From: Chloroflexota bacterium
Lineage (GTDB): Bacteria; Chloroflexota; Limnocylindria; P2-11E
Length of the DNA stretch: 57,513 nt
Reading direction: 5' to 3'
Assembly (NCBI GenBank): GCA_016191385.1
Contig: JACPOT010000041.1
Location: forward strand, 1 to 57,513
Each line of letters opens with the position of its first letter. Position 1 is the first letter of the stretch. The notes under the pieces were generated by a model. The model made no database searches. It saw only the letters and a list, made by a program, of their open reading frames with translations, and was not told the DNA's origin. Below are positions 54,758 to 57,513 of this stretch, piece after piece. The position numbers were made by a program, and so were the translations under genes.

Positions 54758-55479
54758 TGCCGATCGACCAAGCACAGCTGATCGAAACGCTGAAAGCAAT
54801 GCAGGCGGTCTATGACCCGAAGACGACATCCGTTCGGACCGGGAAGGTGATCCAGCCTTTACACGAGTACTGCGCGTACGAGCTGCGTCGAACGACCAAC
54901 TCGGGCCGCAGTCTTCCAACCGAGTTCATCCATCCTGCGCCACCTTCTACCGCCGGAGAAGCGAAGCGCCGTATCAAAGCGGCGATCACCAAACAGCCGA
55001 AGCGCCTCAGGATTCTCGGTGCCTACATGCCCAAGGAGGTAGATGTCGCACTCGTCCCGCCGAATAGCGGTCCGCTTCTGGCTGTGTCCTGTAAGTCACA
55101 GATGAGTTCGATCGTGAAGAACACGATCAACCGCTTCGAGGAATACGTAGGTGATGCGACGAATCTCCACACACGTTTCTCGATGCTGGTCTTCGGATTC
55201 GTGATGCTCGTACCCGTCGTCGCGGAAACCTGGTCTGCGGGCAAACCGACCCCCGGCCTGCGCCGGATCGGGGCCCTCCTTGAGCGATCCAACGCGCGCG
55301 AGAAGAGTGACGAACCTCCGGGCGGTTATGACGCCAGCGCACTGTTGTTCATCGACTTCTCAACGAAGCCACCCAAGTTGATGCCGTATCCGGATCCCAA
55401 GACCCAGCCTCTGCTGCGGATCGAGAACTTTTTCGATCGCCTGGTGTCGCTCTACTTCGACCGCAACCAGTTCGTCTGA
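54757..55479 (+). CDS. Candidate cognate restriction endonuclease (uncharacterised 240-aa protein)
   Basis: Its ATG shares one base with the methyltransferase stop (TGATG). This is the lowest-GC stretch in the window. KEVDVAL-x11-LAVSCKSQMSSIVKNTINRFEE resembles a PD-(D/E)xK core. I do not recognise a named enzyme. Confidence 0.5.
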   Translation: MPIDQAQLIETLKAMQAVYDPKTTSVRTGKVIQPLHEYCAYELRRTTNSGRSLPTEFIHPAPPSTAGEAKRRIKAAITKQPKRLRILGAYMPKEVDVALVPPNSGPLLAVSCKSQMSSIVKNTINRFEEYVGDATNLHTRFSMLVFGFVMLVPVVAETWSAGKPTPGLRRIGALLERSNAREKSDEPPGGYDASALLFIDFSTKPPKLMPYPDPKTQPLLRIENFFDRLVSLYFDRNQFV

Positions 55480-55489
55480 CACAGGCTCC

Positions 55490-57343
<1,854 letters not shown>

Positions 57344-57450
57344 GAGCCCCACGGCCCCGAGCCCCACGTGAGCGAGCGGGATCTTCCGCGACGCCTTAAC
57401 CGAGGGGGCACCCGGTGGTCAGGACTGCGGCCGGGGTTGCGCCTGCCTTT

Positions 57451-57474
57451 GCAACATCGTTCGCAAGATGTTGC
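57451..57474. terminator. Hairpin GCAACATC-gttcgcaa-GATGTTGC without a U-tract
   Basis: An 8-bp perfect stem 108 nt downstream of the eno stop and about 20 nt downstream of a possible minus-strand stop codon (CTA at 57495-57497). No T-run follows on either strand. Confidence 0.3.
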
Positions 57475-57513
57475 TGGATCAGAGGGCTCTGCTCCTACAG
57501 ATCTTCGTCGATC

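Overview
This is a 57.5-kb, gene-dense bacterial chromosomal segment with very high GC (my spot counts of single 60-nt lines give about 72% in the backbone). All family calls come from reading motifs in the translations by eye. No similarity search was run, and start codons are often uncertain.

General style: many 4-nt start/stop overlaps, frequent GTG/TTG starts, -10-like hexamers 7-10 nt upstream of start codons, and long Arg/Ala-rich antisense shadow ORFs. This fits a high-GC Terrabacteria genome (Actinomycetota- or Chloroflexota-like). That placement is inference only.

I call 55 protein-coding genes. I found no rRNA, tRNA, CRISPR array or transposase.

Gene content from left to right:
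- GH15 glycosidase, a tandem-receiver regulator, KDPG aldolase and a cyclase-family hydrolase on the minus strand.
- pyrE, a 2-hydroxyacid dehydrogenase, an XRE regulator plus an atypical receiver, and a DUF881 protein.
- A brnTA toxin-antitoxin pair.
- An MDR oxidoreductase, TetR regulator, cupredoxin, YceI lipoprotein and aquaporin.
- An OSBS/N-succinylamino-acid-racemase gene coupled to a GNAT gene.
- A stand-alone cNMP-binding protein next to an 1101-aa nucleotide-cyclase/STAND-ATPase/TPR protein.
- Glutamate formimidoyltransferase and hutI.
- coaD-coaX-coaBC.
- A HAD hydrolase, an MFS transporter, and a small RHH gene divergent from a second stand-alone cNMP-binding protein.
- panB-panE.
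- A beta-oxidation block (fadD, thiolase, fadB-like, ACAD).
- A six-gene minus-strand operon: GT2, debranching-type glucosidase, GT4, USP-fused glucosyl-3-phosphoglycerate synthase, panC, MFS.
- Divergent from that operon: DedA, a PAP2::GH38 fusion, a MalK-like ATPase, a tandem DUF4388 protein, ROK glucokinase, gap and pgk.
- A lower-GC three-gene island (gamma-class N6-adenine methyltransferase, an overlapping candidate endonuclease, and a divergent PD-(D/E)xK-like protein) wedged between pgk and eno.

Candidates I rank highest for a second look:
- The pgk-eno defence-type island.
- The DedA plus PAP2::GH38 module facing the USP-GpgS glycoside operon.
- The cyclase-STAND-TPR plus cNMP-binding pair, which sits next to a GNAT gene.
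- The tandem DUF4388 protein translationally coupled inside a sugar-ATPase/glucokinase/glycolysis operon.
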